DNA of 64,000 nt from Paraspadella gotoi (GCA_051294375.1 CM119265.1:11099818-11163817); one strand, 5' to 3'. Counted from the first letter of the stretch, positions 48,580 to 60,311 are shown. The notes: generated by a model not told the origin, from the letters alone. Made by a program: numbers and translations.

Positions 48580-51573
48580 TTAAAACCAGTCGAGGTCGGC
48601 ATCGTCTTCGTGAGCTTCCGCCTTTCTCTTGTCAGTCGCCATTTGTTTCTTTCTCTCTTTCTCCTTCTTCCTCGCCGTGTTTTTCTCCTTCAATTCGAGA
48701 AACTTCTTGGGCAACCGGGGCGCGGGCGGCGCCCCTTGAGAGACCATCGGCGACACGGCGTTGGAGGGTCGGGGCTTAACGGACAAGGTCCTCGGGCTGC
48801 GGAACGCCGGGGACTTGGTTCTAGCGAGAAAGGAGGCGACGTCTTCGCCGGGAGAGGAGGAGGCGGGCGACGCGACCGGCGAGATAATTCGCGAACTTCC
48901 TTGTCCGAAAGTGACACGGCCCTTTTTGCTTAACGGGGTATGAGAAGAGAGTGATCGCTTTTGAGTCGAGCGCCGGCGAATTGCGGGGGAAATATCATCG
49001 AGGCTGCGGGCATTCGGTGCGCTAAAAGACGGGGTGTTGACGCCGTCGCGGTCGGGAACGCGAGGTTCCGAGAGGACAGGGGAATTCGCTTCGCGGGCCG
49101 TAGGCACGGAAATCTCCAAAACCGAGGGGGCCTGGAGAGTCGAGGCTACCGATTCAACTTCGGTGGCCGTCTCCACACGATCTGAACCATCGGAAGACGT
49201 GGAGGCACCTTTCTCCTCCTCGAGTTTCGCCAGTCGATCCGACAACCCCTTACATTCCGAATCCTTGAGATCGTAATTAAGCTTAAGATCCGCGATTTCG
49301 CTGGACAATTTCTCATTTTCCTTCAACACGGCGCTGGATTTCTCTTCCAAACTCGTTTTCTCCTTTCTCAACTCCTCGAGCATCTCTTCCGTTTTGGCTA
49401 ACTTAGTTTCAACCTCCTTTCTCTCCTTGACCATTTTGGCAAACCCGACGTCGTAGGCGGACTTGGTTTCCTTCAAGACGTGCTTGGAATAGCTCTCGTG
49501 CTCCGAGAACTTTTTCTCCTGTTGCTTCACTTCGGCCAGGGCTTTCGCTTGGCCGGCCTCCGAATCCTTTAATTTGGCCTTGAGCGATTCCACTTCCACA
49601 TCGCTCTCCTTCAACTCGTCTCCCTTCTTCTCCAGCCTTTTCTGCAGCCGATCCACGTCATTCATCAATCTCTTTCTTTCCCTGTTTAACTCCTGGGTGT
49701 TCGAGTTGAGCGCCGACGAGCTGTCCTCCAGGCTTTTAAGGGCGGATCTTTCCTCCTCCAACTCTTGCAGGAGACGTTCTTCCCGCCTTTTCCACTCGGC
49801 CTCCTTTTCCCCAAATCCCTCGTCCGCTTTTTGTTTTTCCTCCATCGACGCGGCCAGTTTGGATTCGCACTCCCTCAGTTGATTCTGCAGCGACTTGATG
49901 CCCATTTCCAATTGTACTTTATCCGAGTCGCAGACGCCCTTTTCCCGAAAGGCCTTGTCCAGAGCGGACTTCATCATTTCCAACTGATCGACGGCGACTT
50001 GCTGTTCGCCTTTGGCTTTCTTCAAATCGAGCTCGACCTTTGCCAGCTCTTTCTGGACGTTGGTCAGCTCCGCCTCTTTGGACGAATATTTTTCCTCTTC
50101 CGCATTGAGCGAATTCTGAAGCTCCTCCGTCTTCTCCTCTAAAGAATCTCTCTCGCTCAGAATCTCCTGTAGCCTCGAGGACATGTTGGTGTATTCGGCC
50201 TCCTTTTGTCGGATAGTCTCACCGAGAAACTTGATCTCTGTCTGGCATTGACCCTCGACTTTCTTCGATTCGTTTAACTTTTCTTCGTAGTTGACGAGCT
50301 TAGACTCGAGATATTTCGCCTCTTCCTCCAGCGAAGCCAGCCTTTCTTTCGCTTCCAACAACGCCGACTCCAACTCCATAATTTCTTTTTGCTTCTCATC
50401 CGATTCGACTTTCATTTGCTCGTTTCCTTTTCGCGTCGCCTCCAAATCCTCTCTCGCGATTCGCAACTCGTTTCGAGCTTCATCCAACTCGGAGGAAATT
50501 CTTCGATCGTCGTCTTCCAACTTTAATTTGGCGGCGTTGACCTCGACCAAGCTAATCTCCACCGTATTCAGTCGACTTTTTAAAGAGTCCCGTTCCCCGT
50601 TTGCCTCGCAAAGGAGCTTTTCCTTTTCGTTCAACACATTCTCTTTTTCCATCAATTCTCGACCACTTTCGCTAAGTTCTCCATCGATTCGTTCCTTTTC
50701 GATTTCCAAGCACCTCGCCTTCTCCGCCAAGCTCGCCATTTCTCCTCCCAAGCATTCGCTTTTCCTCCGCTCATCGGCAAAATCTCTTTCCAAAGCGAAA
50801 ACATCTTTTTCCAACTTGTTGATTTCCGCGTTGAGGCCGTCTTTCTCCTTGCAATGAGCCTCTCTCATCGTCTCCTTTTCGCCGTAAGCCGCGACAATCT
50901 GACTCTCCTTCTTCCCTAACTCGTCTTGCAAGAACGAGACCTTTTCCACGGAAAGCAAGTGGGATTCTTTGGTGGCTGAGAGTTCCGCGACCACCTCTCG
51001 GAACTTGTGCCTGTCCGATTCCATCACTTCTTCCATTTGAGTTAACTTGGAATAATACTCGCTTTTGATGCCCTCTACTTTTTTCGAAGCCTCTTCCAAA
51101 CTCTCCGCCACCTTTTGCTGATAATCTCTAAACTTGTTGGTCAACCGTTGGAATTCCCCTTTATAACTTTGCTTCTCCTCCAATACCAGGTCGTGCTGCT
51201 CGCGCAAGACTCGTTCCTGACTTTCTCGTTCGGCGAAGGCGGCCAAGAGCCTTTGATGCTTCGCCGCCAAAGAGTCAACGTTGTTGCTCAACTTCTCCAA
51301 CTTGGCGTCGTTGGCCTTGACGATGCCGAGGGCCTCATCCTTCTCCAGCTGACAGGAATGCAATTCTTTCTGGAGTCGGGAGATAGCGCCATCTTTGCTC
51401 TGGAGACTTTCGTGCTGGAGACGGACCTTTCTCTCCATATCCACCTTCCAAAGGCGGATGTTTTCGGTCTCTTGATCCATCAGTTTCTGCAAACTGGCCG
51501 CCCGTGATTTTACAGAGACTTCAGGCATTTCTTTCTCTCTTCCCGCCATGATAGAACCCTCAAGCCTGTACAT
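48580..51573 (-). CDS. SYCP1: Single-exon coiled-coil protein of about 1000 aa, synaptonemal complex protein 1-like
   Basis: LQKLMDQETENIRLWKVDME resembles the recalled SYCP1 N-terminal motif (KLYKEAEKIKKWKV..E); about 770-aa coiled coil; basic S/T-P-rich tail. ATG at 51573 or 51549, following an acceptor at 51598-51600. Confidence 0.62.
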   Translation of the reverse strand: MYRLEGSIMAGREKEMPEVSVKSRAASLQKLMDQETENIRLWKVDMERKVRLQHESLQSKDGAISRLQKELHSCQLEKDEALGIVKANDAKLEKLSNNVDSLAAKHQRLLAAFAERESQERVLREQHDLVLEEKQSYKGEFQRLTNKFRDYQQKVAESLEEASKKVEGIKSEYYSKLTQMEEVMESDRHKFREVVAELSATKESHLLSVEKVSFLQDELGKKESQIVAAYGEKETMREAHCKEKDGLNAEINKLEKDVFALERDFADERRKSECLGGEMASLAEKARCLEIEKERIDGELSESGRELMEKENVLNEKEKLLCEANGERDSLKSRLNTVEISLVEVNAAKLKLEDDDRRISSELDEARNELRIAREDLEATRKGNEQMKVESDEKQKEIMELESALLEAKERLASLEEEAKYLESKLVNYEEKLNESKKVEGQCQTEIKFLGETIRQKEAEYTNMSSRLQEILSERDSLEEKTEELQNSLNAEEEKYSSKEAELTNVQKELAKVELDLKKAKGEQQVAVDQLEMMKSALDKAFREKGVCDSDKVQLEMGIKSLQNQLRECESKLAASMEEKQKADEGFGEKEAEWKRREERLLQELEEERSALKSLEDSSSALNSNTQELNRERKRLMNDVDRLQKRLEKKGDELKESDVEVESLKAKLKDSEAGQAKALAEVKQQEKKFSEHESYSKHVLKETKSAYDVGFAKMVKERKEVETKLAKTEEMLEELRKEKTSLEEKSSAVLKENEKLSSEIADLKLNYDLKDSECKGLSDRLAKLEEEKGASTSSDGSDRVETATEVESVASTLQAPSVLEISVPTAREANSPVLSEPRVPDRDGVNTPSFSAPNARSLDDISPAIRRRSTQKRSLSSHTPLSKKGRVTFGQGSSRIISPVASPASSSPGEDVASFLARTKSPAFRSPRTLSVKPRPSNAVSPMVSQGAPPAPRLPKKFLELKEKNTARKKEKERKKQMATDKRKAEAHEDDADLDWF

Positions 51574-51734
51574 TAAACAAGATGTACGACAAATTTCCTG
51601 TAACGAAAAAAAATCCAAGAACTAGCCAAGTGCACTCGATAAAACAAAATAAATTCCAAACAATTGTAACGAAACAACGCATTTCCTCAGATCCTCTCTT
51701 TAGTTTCTTGGGGTCTTCGCCGACCTCCAGCTCG

Positions 51735-54700
51735 TCACGTGACTTCCATATTTAAAAACCCGACGGGATCACCCTTCGCCCAGGGACAGCGAAGTGCAAA
51801 GAATTTAAACCTCTCTCCCATTTGTTCCGCGTCGGTCATCATTTTGAAACCTGGAGGAAAAAATAAAGTCTCGATAAAAAAACTAGCATTTAAGTCGTCA
51901 CCAAAAACTTAAAGACCCGATTTTTCACCTGAAATTAATTCTTTTTGTCTCTCCTCGTCCGCGTTTCGCAGCAGCATCGCCAGGCGATAATCGATCGACA
52001 TTTCCTTAAAGTGGATGGTGAGATGATAATTTAGATGTCTTTCGTCACAAAGATACCATTGACCGAACTACTGTGAAGCCTCAGTCATCGTCGTCGGCTG
52101 ACTTCTTCTCCTTGTATTATGAATGAATTTCAAGCCAAGAACCGAAAACTACGTTTTTATTTTTCCCTCTTATCGACGTTGAAACCAAGTGTTATTACTA
52201 CATTTTAACATTGTTATGTTTATTCTCCTTCAAGACTAACATTTTTATATACGTTTTGGATTTATGTAATACGTTTCACTTAACTTAAAATTGTTTGTTT
52301 GTAAACAAAGCGTTGGCCTTTGTTATTGCCCTTTTAAGAAGTTAATATAAAATTAGTTAAAATAAATCAACGACTTGATTATTTGTAACGAGGGTTTCCA
52401 AAGAAACGACTTTCTCGGATCTACGTAGTTAGCAATACTTTCACAAATTTCTACCTTTAAAAACTGTCTCTGAGTCACGGGTCCGTAAGTGTGAACGCCT
52501 TTCACTTCGGAAATGACGCGACGAAGGAAAGAAAAGTCTACATCGGCGGTGATGTCTGCGCTGCCGGGTTCCTTCGATAAGAATGAAGAGTAAAGAATGA
52601 ATGATGTTTGATGATATCAAGATAACACAAAAGGATTTAAAAGACTTTCAATCGATCATTTTTATCCAAAACTCACCCGCAAAACGTCCCACAACTGATG
52701 GCCGCGAAACCCTCTCAAGGTGTCTGTCTTGGTGGCTTCGTGGCCGTAGTCTATAAAGAGGGCGGCGCCGCCGGCCGCCACAAGGCGCGCGACGCCCTGA
52801 GCGATGATTCCCGACGCCGGTGACACCTCCACATGGCGCCGTTTATCGCCGTCCCCGCACAACGCCATTGGGACGTAAATGGCGGCGGCGGGAGTAGCGT
52901 CGGGGTTCATCACGAACCTTGGAAATTACGGGAAGGAAACGGTCAAAGTTGTACGATTATGTAAATATTGAAGACGATCCTTATGCAAATTTCATATAAG
53001 AAAAGCAAAACAGAGTGAGGAAAAATTATGCTGGTGACATCGAGCGAGTTTAGAACAAAATGAGGGTCGACAAATTTTATCGCCAAATTGGCTCAATCGA
53101 GTTGCCGATTAAAAAGTACAATCATTAATTGTAGTTTAAAATGGGTAAAAAAAGAATAAAAAACTAATTAATTATTGTTTATTTCAGTTGGATAATAATA
53201 AACTACAAAAATTATTGGAAATTCTAAAAAAAGCTAAAAATGCTCATTCAGGGCCTGGTAGTCAAGCGATATCGAGGTTTGCGACGGTTTTTGACCTTAC
53301 CATCAAATTCCCTACCCCCATATTGGTATAGTTAGCCTGTCCCAACAGTAAAAATGCTAGCTTTTTATTTTTTTGAAAGGTTTTAATAAAGCCGATATCT
53401 TGACTTGATTGACTGATTAATTGATTAAATAATTAATTTATAAGTAAATTGATTGATTGAATAATCAATTAATAGATAACTAAATTAAATAATTAATTGA
53501 TTGATTAATTAATTATTTATTAATTAATTGACTAATTGATAAATATAGAAAAAAAATAAAAAAATAACCTTATTTAAAAGTCATTATTCCATTATAAAAT
53601 GATTAAAAAATTTAAAAAAAACTTTAATGACCTGGTGAGACAAAATATTAAAGTTACCCATTGTCAAATCAGAATTTACTATTTTTTATTTACTCTGAGA
53701 AAAGTAAATTCCCTTTTTACCTTTAGCCTAGTTCAAACCTATTAAATAAAAATAATTATTAAGGAAAGTGATTTTTTTTAATTAAAAAAATTATAACTTT
53801 TTAACCGATAATCCTTTTTTAAAAAATTCTTTCAGCAAAACAAAGGCACATTATTTCTTTATTCAATTCGCCGTAATTTTTTTTACAAAAATATTTCACG
53901 AACTTTGTTAAAAATATCATTTTTAAAAATTTTTATCAAAAATTGCCCAAACAATAAGTTATAAAAAAAATTTTACTTAGTAAAAAATTCACTTAATTTA
54001 TAATGCAAGTATGAAACATAGTCAATTTTTTCCACTCTACAAGATAGTTTGGGTTTCGTCCCTCTCGCAATAAAGCTTTTAAAGATATTTAGCAAAAAGT
54101 CCATTTTTTAACCATTTTTTTTCATTTTTTTCAAAGTTGGCAGCATTTACTGTAAATTTTTTTTGCACAATACTCGTTTTTTGACTTCAAACTTTTCATA
54201 TATGGCAAGGTCTAGTACATAGCTTTTTAGTGTAATAAAGTCGTTAGATTTGATGATGATAACCATTTTTTTGTATAGTCTCATTTTCTTGTCGGAAATG
54301 GCGATTTTTCAGCATATAAGGTGCTATTAAAATGGAGCAAACATTGTAGAGTATAAGAAACTCAAATTATTAAGATTTATAAAAAACCATATTTAACTTT
54401 ACATAATATGAAAATAAAAACCCATATAAATATTTTGGTAAGTTTATTTACAACTTATTTTATTTTGTATTGACTTCTTTGCTATTTAAAATAGTTTAGA
54501 GATGAAAGAAAAATCGTTGTATACGCACATTTTTTTTTTTTATTTTTATTAATGTACATTGTTCGACTCTTTAGTATTACGGGTCTTCAGTCAGCAAAAT
54601 GAATCAATTAGACCAAAATTTTGAACATTAGTTTGCAGGAGAGAGAGAGAAAGAGAAGAGAAGGAGAGAGTTTCCACAAAGAATTGAGCAAGGATAGTGG

Positions 54701-57700
54701 TCAGATGTGAGGACAGGTAAAGTAGGGAAAGAACGAGAGCAAATGATTTTTGTTGAAATTGGTAAAAGAAGACGAGAGAGAGAATGAGGAGAGAGAGGAG
54801 AACAGAGCAGGCACAGGATCAATTACATTAGGCAATGTACAACAGATTTGAAAATTTAGAAAAAACTAATATTAACAAAATAATAATAAGATTAATTGTT
54901 TAGCTGATGATGTTTGGTAAGAGAAATAGTAATAGAAGGAATAAGTTGATGAGGGATAGATAGGTTAAAGATAGTAAATTGAAGAATAGTTAAGGTAGAA
55001 GAAAAGAGCTCCCTACTTTCCTGTCCTCACATCTGACCACTTATCCTTGCGAGCTCAATTCGTTTGTTTGGAAACTCTCTCTCTCTCTCTTTCTCTCTCT
55101 ACTCTCAAACTAATGTTCAAAAAATTTTTGGTCTATTGAATTCATTTGCTGATGAAGACTCGTAATACTTAAGAGTCGAAACATTGTACATTAATTAAAA
55201 ATAAAAACATAAAAAATAAAAATTCCTTGTAACGAATTATTTCTTTCAACTTATAACTTATTTATTTTATTAATAGTTTGTTAGCTATATTTATTAATAT
55301 ATAATAATAAAAAATAAGCTAAAGTGAAAAAATAAAAATTTTAAAATTTTAAAACCGGATTTGAATTCCTTACAAAAAGTTGATATAAGAAAGTATAATC
55401 CATTTTTAAAAAATCTTTCATTAAGTAGGTTACAAATATTAAAAACTATTTATTTTTGTTTAATTTTTCAATTTTGGCTTTAAAATTATAGTTTTTCAGA
55501 ATTTTGACCAACTTAATAACATAATTTTGATATAAAAATTATATTTTCTTCTATCAACTTTTTGCAAAGAATGCAAATCCAAAAAAAATTTTGAAATTAT
55601 TATTTTTTAACTTTAGCCAATTTTTACTCATAATTATTAATAAATTATAGTTAACTAACTTTTTATAAAATATAAATTTAGAAATAAACTTACCAAAAAT
55701 TTTTTATAAGTCTTTATTTTTATATTTCAAAAGCTCATATAAATATAAAATTTATAAAATTTTAATAATTTGATTTATCAAATACTATAAGGTTTTGTAT
55801 TTTAAAACAATTTTATATACATTAAAAACCCTCATTTCCGACAAGAATGACAAAATTATACAAAAAAATGGTCATCACCATCGAATTCTACAGACTATAT
55901 TACACTAAAATAGCTATGTACCTCACTTGATTTGTTATATTTTGTTATTTTTCAACGCTCTAATAATCAATTAGTGAAACAGGTTTTTTGTTTTTTCCAT
56001 TTAAACTCATTTCCACTCACACGATTCCATTGAAACTTGATTTCCAACTCAATCACACACTTCCCTACCCAGTACCCACACACAAAATTTCATTCCAATC
56101 CATCCATCCAATAACGAGTAATTGGAGTTGCTAAGGTGGGACGGACGGACAGACAGACATAGTTTTTTTTGCATAACTTATCTTAATTCGATATTCTGAC
56201 ATGATATATGTCCACGAAGCTGCATCGGAACTCGCCCGCGACAACCAAAGAAACATCAACTGACCCAAGCGGTAAGGCATGAACTGTGCGTGACGCGAGC
56301 GCAAGAGGCCAGGGTCGCGGCGATCGAAGCCCACCGATCTCCAGCGGCGACCGCTTTCATCGACAGAGGAGAATTAGCCGTTCTGAGAGGAGAACTACTG
56401 GTGACGGCGAGATGTCGACAAACTCTCGCGCTCCGTAGAAGCTCGGAAAAGTGTTTAGAGGACTTACCGATATCGTACGGCGGCCGCAACGTGTACCGCC
56501 ACGCGATCTACCATCATGTTATCGACACTTCGTTCGAGACTCCAAGCCAACCCCCTCCGGTCTACCAGCATGGCGACACCTTCGTCGACAACAAAGGCAA
56601 CATCTTCAAGAAGTACGAGGCTCCCGGATACGCACAATCACGAGGAGGTGGGCCAGTTCATGGACCGCCATGTGAAGTTCATAGGCCAAACGCAGGCGTT
56701 CAACGAAAGGCTCGGCGAGATCACCGCAGGCTCCCCGTCATCCTTCATCCGAAAGATCTTCGGGGACTCCCCGCTGATCGACGAGTGGAACTGGCTCGTG
56801 AACCTCGCACCCACTTCTCGGGATCGTCGTGATTGGGGGCGTCATCGCCCTTTGCGTGTGTTGCGGGTGTTGTCAGTGCGCCACCGGCTGATTCAGACGG
56901 CAAGCGGAGGCCGTAGGGCGGTACGTCGACGCCGCCATCGGACGAGCTGCTGGACGTTAAAGGAACTCGGCGACAATATGAGACTTGTCGCCTCGTTTGC
57001 GGGGGCGGGGAGCGCGTCAGCGGATACGAGGATCCGCCTCCCCCGTCTATCACGTTCTCTCTCACATGGACCGCGAGCGGGCGATCGAAAAAGAGCGCGA
57101 GATGGGCGAATCATGGGGCTTGAACTGGGACTGGGGCAAAGGGAAACGTTGGATGGGCCGAGGGGTGAGGGGTGAGGGAAAGCAAGAGACTGATGATTCA
57201 AAGATAAGCCCTCGGCCCGAATGGTTGCATGATTTTATTTTCTCTCTACCAATTATTCGCTGTAAATGAGTGTAAAATAAATTGCTGTGAACTAAACATT
57301 TCGAACTTTATTAGCCACTTCAAAATTAGCCAATCCGGCAAAGATGTGAATGCCCGAAAAGATTGAGGGGGCGGACCGACGGACCGACAAAGTGTATTAT
57401 ACAGTCGGGATCTGCTTTTTAAAAATAAAAGCCGAGTAAAACAAGGCTAAGAGTGGCAGCTCTGAGAAATGCGAAAATTGACCGAAAAAAAAAGTTACGT
57501 ACGTGACCGTGAACACGAATGTCACAAATCTGTAACCCACACGCAATCACAAAAGCACGAAGATCACCTGAAATGATGCGGTCCGTCGTCGGATTCGTCG
57601 ACGTCGATAAAAATCTCGCGCCAGCCTTGATCATCGTCGATTTTCTCAAACTTGTGAATCGGAAGCGCATCGAAGAATTCGTGCGCCACCACGAAGCTGT

Positions 57701-60034
57701 TGGGAGCCGGATTCGTTCAGAGAAATGTAAAAACAAAATAACCAAAACAAAAACAAAAAACGAGAGTGAAGACCTAAAGGCTTCGGATTTGGGAAGGTTG
57801 TCGATGCTGTCGAACCAAGTGGCGGGAAATCCGTGGCGAGTCGAGTAAGGAACTCCGTCTTTGATTATCGCTGTACCAAACAAAAATTATCAATGCATTT
57901 CTTCTAACTTTCAGGTACTTTCACTCTTCCCAGTGATCTTTATATTTTCTTATTGCTTCCACAAATTCTCTCTCTGTCTCTCTCCCTACTCTTACTGTCA
58001 TCGTTCTCTGCGACGAGGTGACTCCCGGTGTCGAGTTGCTGCATCTGCATCCGCCGCATGGTTTGGCTCAGTTCGATCAGCGCGAGTTCGAGATTCGAGG
58101 TCATGTCGGGGAATCGGGCGAAGACGCGACAGGCGTCGTCGAGGAGTGTCCCGCGACCTGGGCCGAGTTCGATCAGGCGGACGCGCTCTTGATGTTGCAA
58201 AAGAGTGGAAGGATAAAGAGTGGGTTAAGAAACACGAGTAATTTCTAGTTGAAAAAAAAATTCATGCAAATACAATTCATTTGTTATTTATAGATATTTA
58301 TAAAACAGGAAAATGTCGCTTCTTTGAAAGATATCAGCACCGTCCAAACCGATAGAAGGAAAGGCTAAAAAGCGAGCTTATCTCGCGACCGTAGCTAGCC
58401 TATCGCCAAGTACCCAACAAAAACCGCAGCGTCGCTCTCTCGCGTAATTTATGGAACTGACTAAATAAACCCGACCCGTTCCCCGAACCCTGTCAAAAAT
58501 GGACGACTACTACGAGACCTGGTGGTTCTGGACCGTCATGCTTTTCGTCCTCCTAGTACTTCCTGTCTGCACTCTCTGTTTTTTCTTTGAAATCGCTAAC
58601 GAGGAAGTCAGGAGAAAGAGAAGGTAATGGGAATCTGAAGTTAACTATATTATTACTCGATATAACTTTTTTGACGATAACTTCAGCCAAGAAGGAAAGC
58701 CTATTTTATTAACATTCATCGTGAGACGAGGGAGCAACGCGGAGGAAACCAGTCAAGCAAACAAAGAATTGGTTAGTTAAAAAAAAATTAAACAAAATTT
58801 TGAGTTATAGAAAAAAACGGGTTTAACGAAATAGGGAGTTCGCCTTAATTTGTTTAGATTGGGATTGCAATTGTCGAAGCGAGGCCGGCACGGCGGAAGA
58901 ATTGATGATTTTCGAAATTTTCTTCTATGTATTCTTTAAATCAACTATATATATTCGATGAAATAAAACATTCAAAGTTTCAATTTCGTTAAACCGGTTT
59001 TCTTTTTATAATAGTGTTTAACTTTTTAATTCAAAATAGAAAATTAAAAAAGAAAGATTTATCCCAGTTGGACAAACACATGGAAGCCGTCGCCATCGTG
59101 GCTGAAGTAGAAGAAGGGAAACCATTGGTGGTTGAAGGTCGCATGTGAACCCGAATCGCCAAGTTCGCAGGCGAGAAGGGAGCGAAACAAAAACCCCAAA
59201 TCATAAACTCCCGTCTCGGAAAGAGAAAAGCAATTCCCTCGTTTATGGATTAAAACATTTAATCCGATAATCGACAATCGACGGGAGAAAAATCTTTCCC
59301 CAACATCGAACCGTAAAAGAGAAAGAAATCCGCGACGTTGTTACATTTGTAAACTTCATTTACATTAAAAGCCCCGAGTCTATGAATTCGATCTCCTACA
59401 AATGGTTCGCTTCTAGTCAATGACTGTTAAATCCAGGAAATGCGCGGAAAAAAAAAAATCTTAGTGACAACGCAGTTGCTATCTCCTTCACCTCCTCTTT
59501 ATCCCACCCTCCACCCCAACTCACCCGGCGAACCGGCGTTCACCCATTCGTTGACGAACCAGACGGCGACGAGTTCGCCGAACATCTGCGAGATTTCCGG
59601 CGAGGTGATGTAGTCGCCGGCGACGCCGAAGACGTCGCCCGCCTCGTAGTAGCCGGAGTCGGGGTGCGTGAGGATCTCGCTCATGTAGGCAGCCACCGAC
59701 AAGGGCCCCGTAAACTGAGCAGCGATAATTGCATTTCTATTACATTTTTTAATCTGACAAAAAAATCCGCGCGGCGCTCGAGGTTCTTCACTTTAATTCT
59801 CCTCTCGATCGACTCCACCAACTGAGTCTTCGTCGACTTGGCTCTCGTCGTCGTCGTCGCCGCCGCGGGGGCGCCATGGCTCCAAGACGGAGTCCACTTT
59901 GAGTGAACAATCATCGACGGGCTACACAACGTCAGAGATTGACGAAAGCGTTTCGGAGGAAGACGAAGGGACGAGCGGAGGGACGCGAAGAGAGGCGCGC
60001 GAAAGGTGAGCGACGGCAACGCCATCGCCATCAT
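51735..60034 (-). CDS. NDUFAF7: Mitochondrial arginine methyltransferase NDUFAF7/MidA; exons 60034-59792, 59714-59525, 58187-57996, 57870-57774, 57696-57568, 52917-52677, 52571-52455, 52004-51929, 51850-51735
   Basis: [19 protein letters not shown]...[93 protein letters not shown]. Confidence 0.93.
54540..55200. mobile_element. Penelope-like remnant: inverted pair of about 190-bp terminal repeats, each with a hammerhead motif
   Basis: 54540-54730 is the reverse complement of 55015-55200; CUGAUGA A gacuc..gaguc GAAAC auu GUA at 55149-55188 and a degenerate copy at about 54552-54596 (-). Confidence 0.6.
56212..57343 (+). pseudogene. Endogenised fragment of a viral or retroelement envelope glycoprotein (class III-like), frameshifted
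   Basis: [16 protein letters not shown]....R....CLEDLPISY...Y....HHVI spacing resembles chuvirus G and BEL env ectodomains; followed by a hydrophobic Cys-rich segment ([12 protein letters not shown]); GC-rich insert between ATGT direct repeats in a HINE copy. Confidence 0.55.
58499..58905 (+). CDS. Nested antisense gene for an 85-aa single-pass membrane microprotein; exons 58499-58623, 58687-58771, 58858-58905
   Basis: AAAA-ATG start, [30 protein letters not shown] then a basic stop-transfer segment; two phase-compatible GT-AG introns (63 and 86 nt); AATAAA at about 58962. Confidence 0.55.
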
Positions 60035-60065
60035 CTTGTCTCCAACAACGGCGACGATTATGGTA

Positions 60066-60073
60066 TTTATATA
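60066..60073 (-). promoter_or_regulatory. Candidate TATA box upstream of NDUFAF7, the first gene of the cluster
   Basis: TATATAAA about 32 nt upstream of the ATG, with no pyrimidine-rich acceptor between them. Confidence 0.35.
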
Positions 60074-60311
60074 TAAGTTATCACAGATGTCATTTTTTAG
60101 GTAATTTTAGAGTAATTGATTATCATTGTCATATTAAATATTTCCAAATACGCCTACGTATTAAATTGGGAGAAAATAAATTGTAGAAAAGATTACCGGC
60201 ATCAAAAGGTTTTAAAGGTCCCTTTTTGTGTTTGACAAATAACGCTAGCAGATAATTGAAAATCCGATCGGTTTCAAGTAATTTCTGGGACCGGATAGTA
60301 TATAGTGTATA

